A stretch of 64,000 nucleotides of DNA, from positions 1,794 through 65,793 of the forward strand of contig JBGSYZ010000011.1 in the NCBI GenBank assembly GCA_041750655.1. Reading direction: 5' to 3'. Below are positions 23,201 through 28,771 of the stretch, one piece after another (the stretch's first letter is position 1; every line of letters starts with the position of its first letter). The notes below the pieces were generated by a model. That model searched no databases. It was not told the origin of the DNA and worked only from the letters and a program-made list of their open reading frames with translations. This DNA comes from Minisyncoccia bacterium. Its GTDB lineage: Bacteria; Patescibacteriota; Minisyncoccia; Phycocordibacterales; UBA918. The position numbers were made by a program, and so were the translations under genes.

Positions 23201-26200
23201 GGTAAATGGTGCAAACTCATCACTAGCTGGTGTGGCCGCCGCGTTACCGTAATACATATAGATAGTAGTGGATGCCCCCGCTGGCAGACTGTCCACCTGC
23301 ACCCACACATCTGCCTCGTCAGTACTTGTACTAAAATGTTGCAACCAGTAATCAAGCTCGCTAAAGACTGTGTTAGTAAAGCTTTCTCGAGTGGAAGTAG
23401 CGTAAAAATCGGTTGTGGTGGACTGGTTTCGGTACGTGGCAGTAATCCAGTCATCGCCAGGCACTACATTTAAGAAGCGCATTTCGTCGATTGTGGCGTT
23501 TAGATGTTGTGAGGTATCGCCACTACTTAGACATGAGACATCTTGTTCTAATCCAAGAACGAGACAATTATCTGGAATAGAAAGTGTACTAAGTGACTGA
23601 GAAGAGGGACTGTTATCATCTTCTACTCCATCAATAAAAGCCTTCCACTCATTTCCCACAGTGTCTCGACTGATTAAGACGTGTCGCCAGTTTGGTGCAA
23701 TCGATAGATCATTAATACTAATCGTTGCTCCTGGGAAAAACTGAAGTGTTGTTCCACCACCAGTGTTATAGAGTAAATATTCATTGTTGGCACCTCCATT
23801 GATCAATGCTTGATTACCGGCTTCGGAAGAATTCATCCAGTACATAAACGTGAGCTCTGTTTCACCATTAACTATATCGCTCGGTAAAAGCATGTACTCA
23901 GACGCATCTCCTTGCGCATCTATTTCTTGACCTTGTCCGAGTAAGCCTGTTTTGCCACTTGAGTTAAGTTGATCATCTGCGTCATATTCATTACTGGTAC
24001 TATCTTGATAGAGACCAGCTGTGCCGCGACCAGCCGCCGCTTCTTCCAAGTGATAGACAGCAATAAATTCACTGTTCCATACATTTTGAGCACCATAAGT
24101 ATCTGTCTCTGCATACCCAACTGCGTCTGAATTACCAAAATACAGATAGAAGGTAGTGTCGACTGATGAGGATACATCTCCTTTGAAATGTAATTCTCCT
24201 GTATCAGCACCTGTGTTGATAGATACTAATTCATAAGGAACCTCGGTGGTTCCGTCACTTTCTGTGATTCGAATATCACCACCGTCACTTTTAACTGTAT
24301 TAAAGAAATCAGTTCCAAGGTCAGCTAGGTTTACGTATACAGGAAAATCAGTTTGATCACTATCGACTTGTGAAGATTGAATAGTTATCGGAATACGGTC
24401 AGACCAGCCAGTTCCGTACCACGCGTCTTCCGTACCAGTTGTGGTCTCTTGTACAAAGCGGATATCACTGCCATCATCGTTTACATTAGCCCAGAAGTTT
24501 GTGAGAGAACTATTAAGTTCAAGAAACACTTGTTGTTCAGTTAAATTAGAAGTGCCTGAAGTATTGTCAATAGTAATTGGCAGACGATAGTTCCACTGAC
24601 TAGCCCAGAATGGATCTAAAAGACCATATTCATCATCTCCAATTGCTTCAATCCAAAACTCACCGGTAGTTAATGGCGGGAAGGAAATTTCCATCTTAAA
24701 ATATTTTGTCTCGCCAGGAGCAATAGTATATTCATTGGGAGTATGAGCACGAACTTCAAAAGTATCTGGTTTTGGCTTAATGTCAGGCCCAAAACCAAGC
24801 CAATCTTTGGCTTTCTTAAATAAACTCCTCTTATCTTCAGGTGTTCCTTCAACTACTGTTTCTGGTTCCCAACCATCTACGTATTGAACGAGTTTGTGTT
24901 CTCGTACTTTTACATCGTTTATTCGACATGCTGTGTTGTCTCCATCAATCTCATCACATTCACGGACAATGTTAGTATTGCGACACACATATGTTGTCGC
25001 TAATACTTCATCAGACTCATCATCAGTCTCAGATGAACTAGTTGCCGTACTTAAATTATTTTGAATAGTTGATTGCAATAGTGGAGCTTCGTTATCAACC
25101 GATTTTAGTGTCTCATCATTTGTATCAGGTCCAGATTCTAAGTCTTCAGTTGGAGTTTCCACATCATTCACTGGTCCAGGCTGACTAGTCTCTTCTGGTG
25201 TGTCTTTAGATATGTCTACTTGATCACTGGTATCTGGCTCAGAATTACCATTATCAAAATTATTTTGTTCTGATTCAGGTATAACAGCCGGTTCTATTGT
25301 CGTAGTGTTGTCAGATGATGGTGCTAACAACTTGGATATATCTTCCAAATTACTATTAACCGGATTGTTGGTTAGTTCCCAACCAGCTTCGCAGTGATAC
25401 ACAAAAGGCTTGTACTCAGGTACCACAACATCTTTTGGTTTATTAGAATTCCATTCTTCAATGTTGGTAACTTGTCCAATACCATCAGGGAAATATGTCT
25501 GAAGCTTGAATGTATCTTCAGATTTACTAATGTTGGTAACATTAAAATATAGGGTGCTTTTACTCAATCCAGGATAATTAACTTTGTCTGATTTAATAAT
25601 TAATGTTTCATTAGTATTATCGTCAGTAAAGGTAAAATCTATGTTAGTACCGTCAGGTAATTTTAGCGTATCACCCTTAAGGATTTGATCGTCGTAACCA
25701 TTATCGGTTAGTAGAGTCAAGTTATCTTCTGTCACATCTGGTGATTCTAAGGCAAAGAGTTCAAGCCAAGCACTTTCTACAAAAAGACCGTCTAAAGCTC
25801 TCGGATCATCATCGTAGACTAACTCAATCATCAGGTTGTTTAAAGTGTCTGAATCACTTATTTCTGGCAACGCGAAAAGGAAATACCCTCCGTTAGTACC
25901 ATTAGTTACTTCTTCAGTTATAGTTATCTTACCGGCTTCGGACCAAGACGCTCCATTGTCAAACGAGTATCTAAGTTTAAATAATTGCGCTGCGTCACGA
26001 GTTTTCTTTAGCTTAGCCGCAAAAGAAACTTTTAGTTGAGCGCCGTGAACTGAGAATTTATCATTAAATATTGGCAACCCAAAGTCTGACAATTGGATAG
26101 TGTACTCAGCACACATTTCTCCACACGGATCACTTACCGATGGCACAACAACTGAATCAGGGTTGTCTACGGCTTTGAGAGTACCAGAAGGTAATTCAGT

Positions 26201-27103
26201 TGTAGTAGCTGCTGGTGTAGCAGTAATAATTGGAGGCGTGTTAGTGGCTGGTATAATCTCGTTCGGAACACTGGTCGTTGCAGTAACAGTCTCTTCGCCT
26301 GAGTTTGAAGTTGAAGGAATAACAGATTCTTCTAAGGTCGGTTCCGCAACGAGTGTACTATCACCAGCATCGTCATCAACAAGATCAACACTTTCATCTT
26401 GCGCCACTGGTGTAGTAGTGCTTTCGTTCATAAACGGCAGCCATTTAGTAACAGAGGATAGCACCCAGTTAAGGCCGCCTTTAGCCTTCTTAAATGAGGT
26501 TGTGGTTGGGAACTCTTCGTTATTTACATTGACCTCTGCTTCATACTCAATGTCAGTGTCTGCAGTTTCTACATCAGAATTGGTTTGAGTTTCAACTTCT
26601 TGAGTTGTGGTTGTTTCATCAACTTTATCAATTGTTGGTACTTTAGAGTCATCTATAACTTGTTGACTAGGCAAAGGTGTAAGTGAGCTTGCATCATTTA
26701 TTTTTTCTTCATTTCTATTTTTAATAATCTGCTCGATTGGAACCTCTTCTAAATTAAACCAAGCAGAATTTATCTGATTGAAATCTTGATACAGTGCTAC
26801 TTCACTAACATTTTGTTGGACGAGAGTTTCAGCATTGTTCCAGCCAGGTGCTGAAACTTTACTTGGAAACACATTAATTACTTGGATGTTATAAACGTCC
26901 GCATCATCTGCCGATACTATGTACCAACTAAGTGCTACGCCTGACAACATTAGTAATACAGTAGTAAGCAAATAGGTTTTTTTTCTGAAAATGAAAGATC
27001 TAGACAAGTAACTACTAACAAAAGCCCACGAATATGATTTTATCGCTTTAAATAAGGCTTTATGTAATTTTGCTACTCTTGAATTATGAGGAAAATCTCG
27101 CAT
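8240..27103 (-). CDS. Giant (6287 aa) membrane-anchored multidomain surface protein (adhesin-like): DUF2341+LamG modules, Fn3-like modules, beta-helix super-repeats, Cys-rich C-terminal domain
   Basis: Single uninterrupted 18.9-kb ORF. N-terminal TM at aa ~44-63 (nt 26915..26974). Acidic Ser/Thr/Asp-rich low-complexity stretches at aa 120-320 and 600-700. Three DUF2341-type modules, each with W..R.PITI..., DG.DIRF and Y.YYGN. Two of them (aa 837-995 with 1010-1250, and aa 3226-3330 with 3340-3570) are each followed by a LamG/ConA-like lectin-fold region; the third (aa 5545-5645) is followed by a lectin-fold-like region I did not classify. Two Fn3-like modules ending in TYWWRVR..DP.G...W..WS (aa ~1880-1995 and ~2140-2255). 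Long T/G/S/N-rich stretches typical of parallel beta-helix. Three ~780-aa super-repeats (aa 3596-5530). The aa-to-nt mapping was verified at the DLRFTK codons (nt 10322..10340). Confidence 0.85.
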   Translation of the reverse strand: MRDFPHNSRVAKLHKALFKAIKSYSWAFVSSYLSRSFIFRKKTYLLTTVLLMLSGVALSWYIVSADDADVYNIQVINVFPSKVSAPGWNNAETLVQQNVSEVALYQDFNQINSAWFNLEEVPIEQIIKNRNEEKINDASSLTPLPSQQVIDDSKVPTIDKVDETTTTQEVETQTNSDVETADTDIEYEAEVNVNNEEFPTTTSFKKAKGGLNWVLSSVTKWLPFMNESTTTPVAQDESVDLVDDDAGDSTLVAEPTLEESVIPSTSNSGEETVTATTSVPNEIIPATNTPPIITATPAATTTELPSGTLKAVDNPDSVVVPSVSDPCGEMCAEYTIQLSDFGLPIFNDKFSVHGAQLKVSFAAKLKKTRDAAQLFKLRYSFDNGASWSEAGKITITEEVTNGTNGGYFLFALPEISDSDTLNNLMIELVYDDDPRALDGLFVESAWLELFALESPDVTEDNLTLLTDNGYDDQILKGDTLKLPDGTNIDFTFTDDNTNETLIIKSDKVNYPGLSKSTLYFNVTNISKSEDTFKLQTYFPDGIGQVTNIEEWNSNKPKDVVVPEYKPFVYHCEAGWELTNNPVNSNLEDISKLLAPSSDNTTTIEPAVIPESEQNNFDNGNSEPDTSDQVDISKDTPEETSQPGPVNDVETPTEDLESGPDTNDETLKSVDNEAPLLQSTIQNNLSTATSSSETDDESDEVLATTYVCRNTNIVRECDEIDGDNTACRINDVKVREHKLVQYVDGWEPETVVEGTPEDKRSLFKKAKDWLGFGPDIKPKPDTFEVRAHTPNEYTIAPGETKYFKMEISFPPLTTGEFWIEAIGDDEYGLLDPFWASQWNYRLPITIDNTSGTSNLTEQQVFLELNSSLTNFWANVNDDGSDIRFVQETTTGTEDAWYGTGWSDRIPITIQSSQVDSDQTDFPVYVNLADLGTDFFNTVKSDGGDIRITESDGTTEVPYELVSINTGADTGELHFKGDVSSSVDTTFYLYFGNSDAVGYAETDTYGAQNVWNSEFIAVYHLEEAAAGRGTAGLYQDSTSNEYDADDQLNSSGKTGLLGQGQEIDAQGDASEYMLLPSDIVNGETELTFMYWMNSSEAGNQALINGGANNEYLLYNTGGGTTLQFFPGATISINDLSIAPNWRHVLISRDTVGNEWKAFIDGVEDDNSPSSQSLSTLSIPDNCLVLGLEQDVSCLSSGDTSQHLNATIDEMRFLNVVPGDDWITATYRNQSTTTDFYATSTRESFTNTVFSELDYWLQHFSTSTDEADVWVQVDSLPAGASTTIYMYYGNAAATPASDEFAPFTYSTTTPIYYAVEGLTGGTISVYSYVDNNLVSIDGGTPVPLDSGEPTTFSSYSSTSVISSLGPIAATIDSAGGDILAPISFATTTFAVPTTRNTSSYYIHSPFASSTINTYLGNSGTPSQTFSVATGTTGRSTTDGSGSNGVVITSTQPVLVYHMETGSRDSFVSYPPTTRDIFGIYTGSAYISTVTDNPNPTVYCSGGSSATVSGVTRGEQQSIGTCTSTGQGAGGAARLTNALYPITAIQQADGDGNESSAFWARHEMGTQYYIPTDSAYVAIACSPRFGTTTLEVQQNDGTFVEGATCTPGANTPGKVYFDNGQGGSALAFIAGYKVVSTNGVPFYAIYEDDEEDNDETNMLGGVQGRKYANRFFGYSFGAQEVTIDAEYEQLSFGWYENSTNQTPTSTWPLGEGSFATEGIAITGQGAVNDGDVMRLRMNLQANVATGSASSTAFKLQYVEADTGQCSVATAWSDVGEIGSTTAAFNGYNNGSLIDGTILSSTTLASSTVSETYEEENLSEFLQNTINPGEVGEWDWTITSNNASVNSNYCFRMVRSTGIELVTYTSYPELETAGPPLAPTLISFFNNERTASSSPVVLDFAATDIAGDDIRYQIQVDDDVAFGSPVIDKNSQTSLSQFENVNTPSDKTPFDSGARIRFTGTGSLTASTTYWWRVRGLDPSGSNTWGDWSTAYSFTTDGSVTVSEWHQTTGDQFSTNALTSLSTSTGAVSVSGSSGVMTSTAIDFDDATVGNAWGSVSWGDTETSGTILYQIEYLNGSSWSLIPDSAIANNSVGNGTSPINLLDLDTDTYNQIRLVANFTGTSLSIQDWTVVWGQRVETPTLGDPFDNEKIATTTPALDFTTTDPQGDLLEYEISWGTDYTFVSSTTRNSSTSPGFSSGNPYASGASVTYTIQSGEALTNGQTYWWRVRAKDPYGGDAWSPWSAPDAFTVDTSVSVSTWFQTTREQFQQGTLNGLTASTSGSVTISNEVGEYGKVILDAGTWTEISTQVSYNDPVVVASLRYSMTGDAQRSVRVRNKTADSFEMIVDDPFGTLTGTTTVDYLVMETGVWTLQDGAGGTQVIAGTYANVSDVQGGGGYAASGYGADVTFSPPFSVPPAVIATVSTENDSSWVIAHLNDGNTRNNPPTASAMGLYLGRSNETAVHSPEDIDYIAFEPGHGTNNGAEFDADFGTDSHDEAPPTAEAFTSAFSPSAPEVVIVMQGAEQGGNGAWASLYAATPPTTSNYYPVVDESGDRNHTTEPILTLAFENASGVLLRDSTVGGDLTGEIYSEPILFSDGAGPKFEQLLWNDTEPGTSTITYRLQYLTSTSSWAYIPDAALPNNSIGTTTSPIDLTGLNVSTYNTLRIVGSFSCASGNCPSLQDWTIEWSEGVLMSGTLKQYDRSTNVTSGTVRAAVNGSLLGNTGTVSAGVWSISNVTAFAGDVVTVWVDGAAEANEAVAVFVYDGTGDITGVQMFEQHLSLSSDENGTTTNALLGAYDNSVSGDEDIFFDVDGSNDLSVCAISGCSEASLYIGSGDVYIPDVTSSGNVTTHDFINSGRVELDANTVRVSGSWKNNATFLPETSTIIFTATSTSETVDDADNILDFQNLTFGETSGTATWQTYDPVDVNGALNVTYGTLNRASSTITVAGNLTTGANGFWSGVSTTTFDGSGTSFWSDSNTVKQNVGRVVVDGGAKTITLSSSVYASSTTIGANDTLNAGGANTLFLAGNFTNDNVFSAQTGTIQIVGTSTNAIIKTNGSSLYNVTASTTGSGSISFSESSVSMLGNLTIATGTVTLATATTTIGGSFLNTGGTFAHNNGAVRFTGSGSKSVTLGGTTFLNHLYNVTFAGSGTYTFADINATTSNILRITSGNVVLPSGQLSVARNFITSGSGSFSHNNGEVVLLIEGNDTVTTNGSSFNNLRIRQGSGGSGSWYGSQWTSRVPITIRSSVIDGDLSNFPVYVDLSDLPSAFFSGINTGGGDIRITQSDGITEVPREIVSASTTAETGELYFKASSVSSTTDTIFYIYYGNATATDYAVTATYGAQNVWNNGYVLVSHMNDETTSTIVNSANGSLDGTKLSANNPPQTNLGQIYEAQNFAGTEHIAYGNVGSGAANITISAWINPSNLTGSGDTNTYGYSIFSAHSAGAYTWLTVGGSGGGGSTDEVRFCAFSSSVTCNVANGSNINTGEWHYVSATAIDGGAAAVRVDGNNVLSFTSDGGGTWNSGSTIGDLRPNRDIEFEGILDEIQISNVVRSTAWQDATYRNQGTTTDFYAVGSPQQDSVRTMADINTTVTGNMTVESGQVILPTGVLSIGGSFDNNDGFDANDGTVLFNSTSSSETIAPGSSSFYNLSFNSVSGDWTIIENATSTNNVTLTNAGTLTLNSGLSLYVGGEFTSAVGGASTTWTGSNIILGSGTDYVINTKTAPSDVYATLTVTGDGDVSLWNSSATIYNMLSTASLYSQDHTGVDGDLYIFGNYVRTSGTEHWSYLTDFDGVSLATTTPRQVDVRIQNGATVIASSSGLSIVGSSTASTTIDAQSGSFTLRTNTASVTAQYFEVTGTNASGFQLTSSSTVNTFNNAYFRIPAASSAVTVDASTIDTTPAKQFFDTDFVTAGGNVNVTLSGSPTSYWWFRDGAGDRYGEAFDNADGNPGSIRWDDSSYSIVVSGTVYADDGNSTLGGPTCDGVTNSVRIVVDGGVYSSSTPCSGVDGSYSFGAVNYVGDPSIIVYLDTNGGTTGSVITKTPTANITNLDIYANRVMTRHEDLAPLTIADMAVYDESDDTDIRFVAATGTTDTLTVRADNELYIFASTTFAPGGPVTLTSGGTGNVYDGTLHLGATSTFTGVGTTTYNVGGSIIVEPAAKLTTASSTFVMTATTTGKTITASSTLAFNTLQFTGVGGGWNLNTNITATSGINVATGTLTGTANVTVTNGSFYGDGLVSFGAGTVAIYRSNTYGGVQSWTVNNLTLGNGTVVGTTTPGGTATNTVSGVLTINAAHFLDANNSAWNLTGSGSVFVENGTFLEDTSTVRYGGVLGNTVRNTQYYNLTVEASGGTPTFTAAATGLPVLNNLRVGGTAPTTFTLDTNDPVGSIGGDVYIASNGTLVGSNSATLTVGGAWDNDGTFTNSGGTVTFNSTDAFTIAAGASSFGVVNISGAGAATVIENATSTGAWTLGTTSNFTLNSGNRLAVGGLFTNGAGGAATTWTGSTLHLFGAGQFTINASTTLDQYENLSAAAGTHIRMWNSSATSYLTASGGSVYSMDHLNVTGELYIFGDYIKSSGTDYWSYATDFDGTTLGSGRAVDVYVENGGSFTYSGGSLQMIGSTTASTTVQVQGGSGTYSADITGGGINAQYYILQDLDNDGLTFSGAPTVTTLSNGEFIIGNTGATAMTVAGSVINANPAKNFINNRFATSTGVTAATNVTTSGSTVSSWRFTNHTGDVDGEDFDADNGNPGYIVWDDSLAVITISGNVYENNTSSVSSVCDDVTTNIVLAVAGVVVPAASSTCSSATGAYSISGVSFSPNDTLTLFINSNGGDQGVTVSIDPISSVGDMDIYEDHVILRHESTDPILIADMAVYDSVNDSDIPFTAVDAGSDTLTLNTNTKLIVWANKEFEPQGNITTGGGISDALDGTVELRDNAILTLANTENHAIGGNLEMGTGSVFTPAQSTVTFTSAGSGRTIATNETGFYNLILNGSGTFTSSDTSLRVANDMTLTAGTLTLPNATTTITGSLSVTGGNFVANGGLIVFDSTTAETVVANNSDFNRLLFNGTGSWSMNDTNATATGAITIQKGAVTLPSGVLSVGGSFRNTGGSVVDNTSLLVISTSTSATLLASSSDLYGVTFTGGGTFTMEDNSLTLLDDLILNSGSLTLASGTLSIGGSLDATGGTFTHASGTILFNSSDAGETINPGNNNFNNISIASASGGWTMLTNATTTGNFLLTNAASYTQTAGTVLAVQGVFSNSVGGAATTWTDSTLKLLSGSDYSINTKSAGGDTYGTLYIYDGMDIRMWDSSAATTTLASTSISSLYSQDHANTPGYLYIYGNYTIATGTEYWSYATDFDGTALGGGSRAVNVFVVDSASSSITQTAGNLNIIGAATASTSIQALGGTNYSFDINAGTFNARYYQLRGLDVNGLTFSGIPTVSSLSNGDFEVTVDGGSAITLASTTLNANPSKLIDNVRFATTTAISAFNVNLDATTTNAWTFRDHVGNLSGEDYDADGIDACGSIRWDDSACLLVEQTHYRWRHDDGGEGVPTSEWFDTDWGARQRVRIVNADNATYATTTIKIPVTYDADMQADFEDLRFTKSDGVTELDYWIERYTASSDATVWVEVFELPAQGNLDIFMYYSNVTATTTSSSSATFVVVDDFESGLSGSYSGDTSLFTVDSSFAFGGTKGLDTTGFESSRATDGIASFDRTVSQGQIIRYMQYIDTGAGSSDESCAMFGVQSPVTSNINYGVCLEQFGIERMSLVENVESTDNYGSVNILASTTLTYATGWYEVEIDWQTDNTIDVYLYNSGGTLVATTSAADSSHSSGGFGFTYWGQNGGWDSFTSRYRTNTKPTVIFGAEQTDGGASWATALDTAANTFVIGDVARVRFAVENSGLGITGQQFQIEYAAKGAAPACEAVSAASYNSVPVQSSCGSSPVCMVSSTYYSDGDNTTDLLLETNGTFTSGKIKEDPSSITASLDIDQNEYTELEYAVSPTVNATSSAYCLRVTNAGTDLDSYLSVAELGVAFDPTITAWSLNGGADITLSPGTTTVITASGTVTDLNGYTDLAGATSTTFRSGVTETCTEDQNNCYRSAAPQCAYSACAGNSCTLSCTFDVYYFAEATDMAPYSGETWRSFIELSDQSGATTSAFAPSVDLLTINAITLASTTNSINYGSLTPSADTGSYNATTTVENIGNGNIDISIDGTDLTDGGASTIPVSEQKFASTTFDYSACAFCTTLATTSSAIEVDLFKPTSTTTPVVADVYWGIQIPFGTAAAPHQGSNTFYAVTD
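10516..16318 (-). repeat. Protein-level tandem super-repeats (about 780 aa each, three copies, the third truncated) inside the giant gene
   Basis: Units begin at aa ~3596, ~4397 and ~5163. Each has a beta-helix-like block ending ...TTWTGS.L.L.....Y.IN, then (I/L)(R)MW(N/D)SSA..., YSQDH/YSMDH, LYI(F/Y)G(N/D)Y, WSY.TDFDG, GNPG(S/Y)I(R/V)WDDS, and in units 1 and 2 also ADMAVYD. Copies are diverged at roughly 40-50% identity, so this is not a DNA-identical repeat. Confidence 0.65.
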
Positions 27104-27117
27104 TCAATAACAAGCCA

Positions 27118-27140
27118 CCGATTCTAAAATTAGAATCGGG
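27118..27140. promoter_or_regulatory. Perfect 10-bp inverted repeat 15 nt upstream of the giant-gene start codon (candidate operator or 5'-UTR hairpin)
   Basis: ccgattctaa-aat-tagaatcgg at 27118..27140; the giant gene's ATG is at 27103..27101. Confidence 0.35.
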
Positions 27141-27154
27141 CTTAAGTATAAGTA

Positions 27155-27187
27155 TAGCGCGCCAACCCTTAAAGTTGGCGCGCTTAC
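27155..27187. terminator. GC-rich hairpin between the cohesin-like gene and the giant gene (candidate terminator or attenuator)
   Basis: tagcgcgccaac-ccttaaa-gttggcgcgct, a 10-11-bp GC-rich stem in an otherwise AT-rich intergenic region. The flanking T-run in minus-strand orientation is weak. Confidence 0.35.
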
Positions 27188-27229
27188 TGTGGAGTAGTGA
27201 GGATTGTTTTAACCTCCCAGGTCTATATA

Positions 27230-28765
27230 CTACTTCAAAATTTTCTTTACGTCATTAATTTCTTTCCCAATTAAAGTTTCCGAAACCTCCAGAGCGTTGT
27301 TAAGTCCTTCAACTGCTTCTCGTTCTTTCTTAGAAAGTCGTGGTCGTTTGGTTATTAGATTGATTTGATCGTAGATCTCGTCACGAAGGGCTGAGAATAT
27401 TTTTTCCATTTGATCTTGTATCTCACGGGTCTCCTTGCTTAATTTTTCTTCCCGTTTAGCATTTTGTCGCTTTTCATAGATATGATAAGCAAACTGTAAG
27501 ATATTAAGAAGTATCAACAAGAAGATAAAAATATTGCCAGGAGTTAAGAATGACCAGAAAGATTTTTCTTCATCTGTTTGACTTGGTGTAATCCAACCAG
27601 CTGTAATCAAAACCGGAGTTGAAGCTTCATACTTATTACCAGCCTTATCAAAAGCGGTCACTTTAACGGTATACGTACCATCCTCAAGTTCACCCAGCAG
27701 ATAACCTAATGCTGCTTCATCAGGGGTCACTATAACTGGTTCCCCGCCAGCAATCGTCATTTCATAACGCTCAATACCGGAAGTGCTATCTTCTGCTTTA
27801 AAGGTAAGAAGTGGAAAAGCTGTTTTAGCATTACCTGTTTGTACTTTGATATCAAACGGTAATGGGGCTTTCGTATCCACCATTATTTTACGATTCAACA
27901 CCGCCCCCCAACCAACTTGGTTTTTAAATCTAATACTCAAATACTGGACACCATCTTGTAAGTCTTCAGCAGTAAGAAGTAACTCTTCTATTGGCGGGGT
28001 GTACGTTTTTTCTGGAACGTGATCACTGGATGTAGACATTTCTACTGCTACTTCGTCGATATCAAAAGGTAAATCCCAAGCAAAGAGAGCGGTGTTAGTC
28101 GCGTACCAAGTTTCAGGGTCAATAAAAGTTTGTGAACCTACAACGGGAGCACGTGGAGGTTCACCGAAGGCAATAGTAGCGTCAGTCGGTTCGTTGTTAT
28201 TTGGAGTTTCAGTTGGGGTAGGAGTTGGTGTCTCTGGTTGCGGTTGTGGTGTGGTGGCAGCAGTAATAGTGTAGTTAGCAGTTACAGCGGCACCGATAAT
28301 ATCAGTCCCCTTTCCATCCGCTGCTAAAGCTGAGGCTGTATCAAATTTTACTTGAGCCGTACCCTCGGTTACAGCTCTAAAGGTAACCACGGCTAAATTA
28401 GAGCGAGAAGAAAAGGGTGAAGGGCTTCCACCTCCAAATTCAATGGTTCCGGCACTATTGGAAAAAGTTGGTTCAGTGGTCCAGAGTGAAAAAACCGAAC
28501 CGGTTTTTGAGACACTGACCACAGAAAGAATTGCCGGGTTAAAAGAAATTTTGGCCTCTACAGCATTGACACTTGCTCCTTTGGGATCAACCTGAATAGT
28601 CGCCGTAAAAGTTTGCCCTGAACTATAAGAACCAGTGGATGGACTGAAAAGAACGTCGGCCGCCAATACTGACTGCTGGAAACCAAACAGTAACAAACCA
28701 AAAAGAAAAACTTTAAAAACAAGTTTTAATACTATCTGAAAATAAATGTGTCTCTCAAGGTTCAT
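27230..28765 (-). CDS. Membrane-anchored protein with N-terminal cohesin-like domain, Pro/Thr linker, extracellular domain, TM helix and cytoplasmic coiled-coil tail
   Basis: 511 aa. Signal peptide (LFGLLLFGFQQSVLAADV). aa ~35-165 (nt ~28270..28663) reads VLFSPSTGSYSSGQTFTATIQVDPKGASVNAVEAKISFNPAILSVVSVSKTGSVF...AGTIEFGGG...LAVVTFRAVTEGTAQVKFD, which fits the cohesin (type I) beta-sandwich pattern. Linker TPQPQPETPTPTPTETP. TM IFIFLLILLNILQFAY at aa ~400-420. Lys/Glu-rich C-terminal tail. Confidence 0.6.
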   Translation of the reverse strand: MNLERHIYFQIVLKLVFKVFLFGLLLFGFQQSVLAADVLFSPSTGSYSSGQTFTATIQVDPKGASVNAVEAKISFNPAILSVVSVSKTGSVFSLWTTEPTFSNSAGTIEFGGGSPSPFSSRSNLAVVTFRAVTEGTAQVKFDTASALAADGKGTDIIGAAVTANYTITAATTPQPQPETPTPTPTETPNNNEPTDATIAFGEPPRAPVVGSQTFIDPETWYATNTALFAWDLPFDIDEVAVEMSTSSDHVPEKTYTPPIEELLLTAEDLQDGVQYLSIRFKNQVGWGAVLNRKIMVDTKAPLPFDIKVQTGNAKTAFPLLTFKAEDSTSGIERYEMTIAGGEPVIVTPDEAALGYLLGELEDGTYTVKVTAFDKAGNKYEASTPVLITAGWITPSQTDEEKSFWSFLTPGNIFIFLLILLNILQFAYHIYEKRQNAKREEKLSKETREIQDQMEKIFSALRDEIYDQINLITKRPRLSKKEREAVEGLNNALEVSETLIGKEINDVKKILK

Positions 28766-28771
28766 AAAGAT

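Noticed and set aside
8240-27103. Numerous plus-strand and alternative-frame ORFs (60-250 aa) listed inside the giant gene, e.g. 11415..12173, 12189..12509, 26100..26588
   Set aside because: They lie entirely within and antisense or out-of-frame to a continuous 6287-aa ORF with coherent domain content. Their low-complexity V/P/A/S-rich translations are typical of frame-shifted or antisense readings of Thr/Gly/Ser-rich coding DNA.
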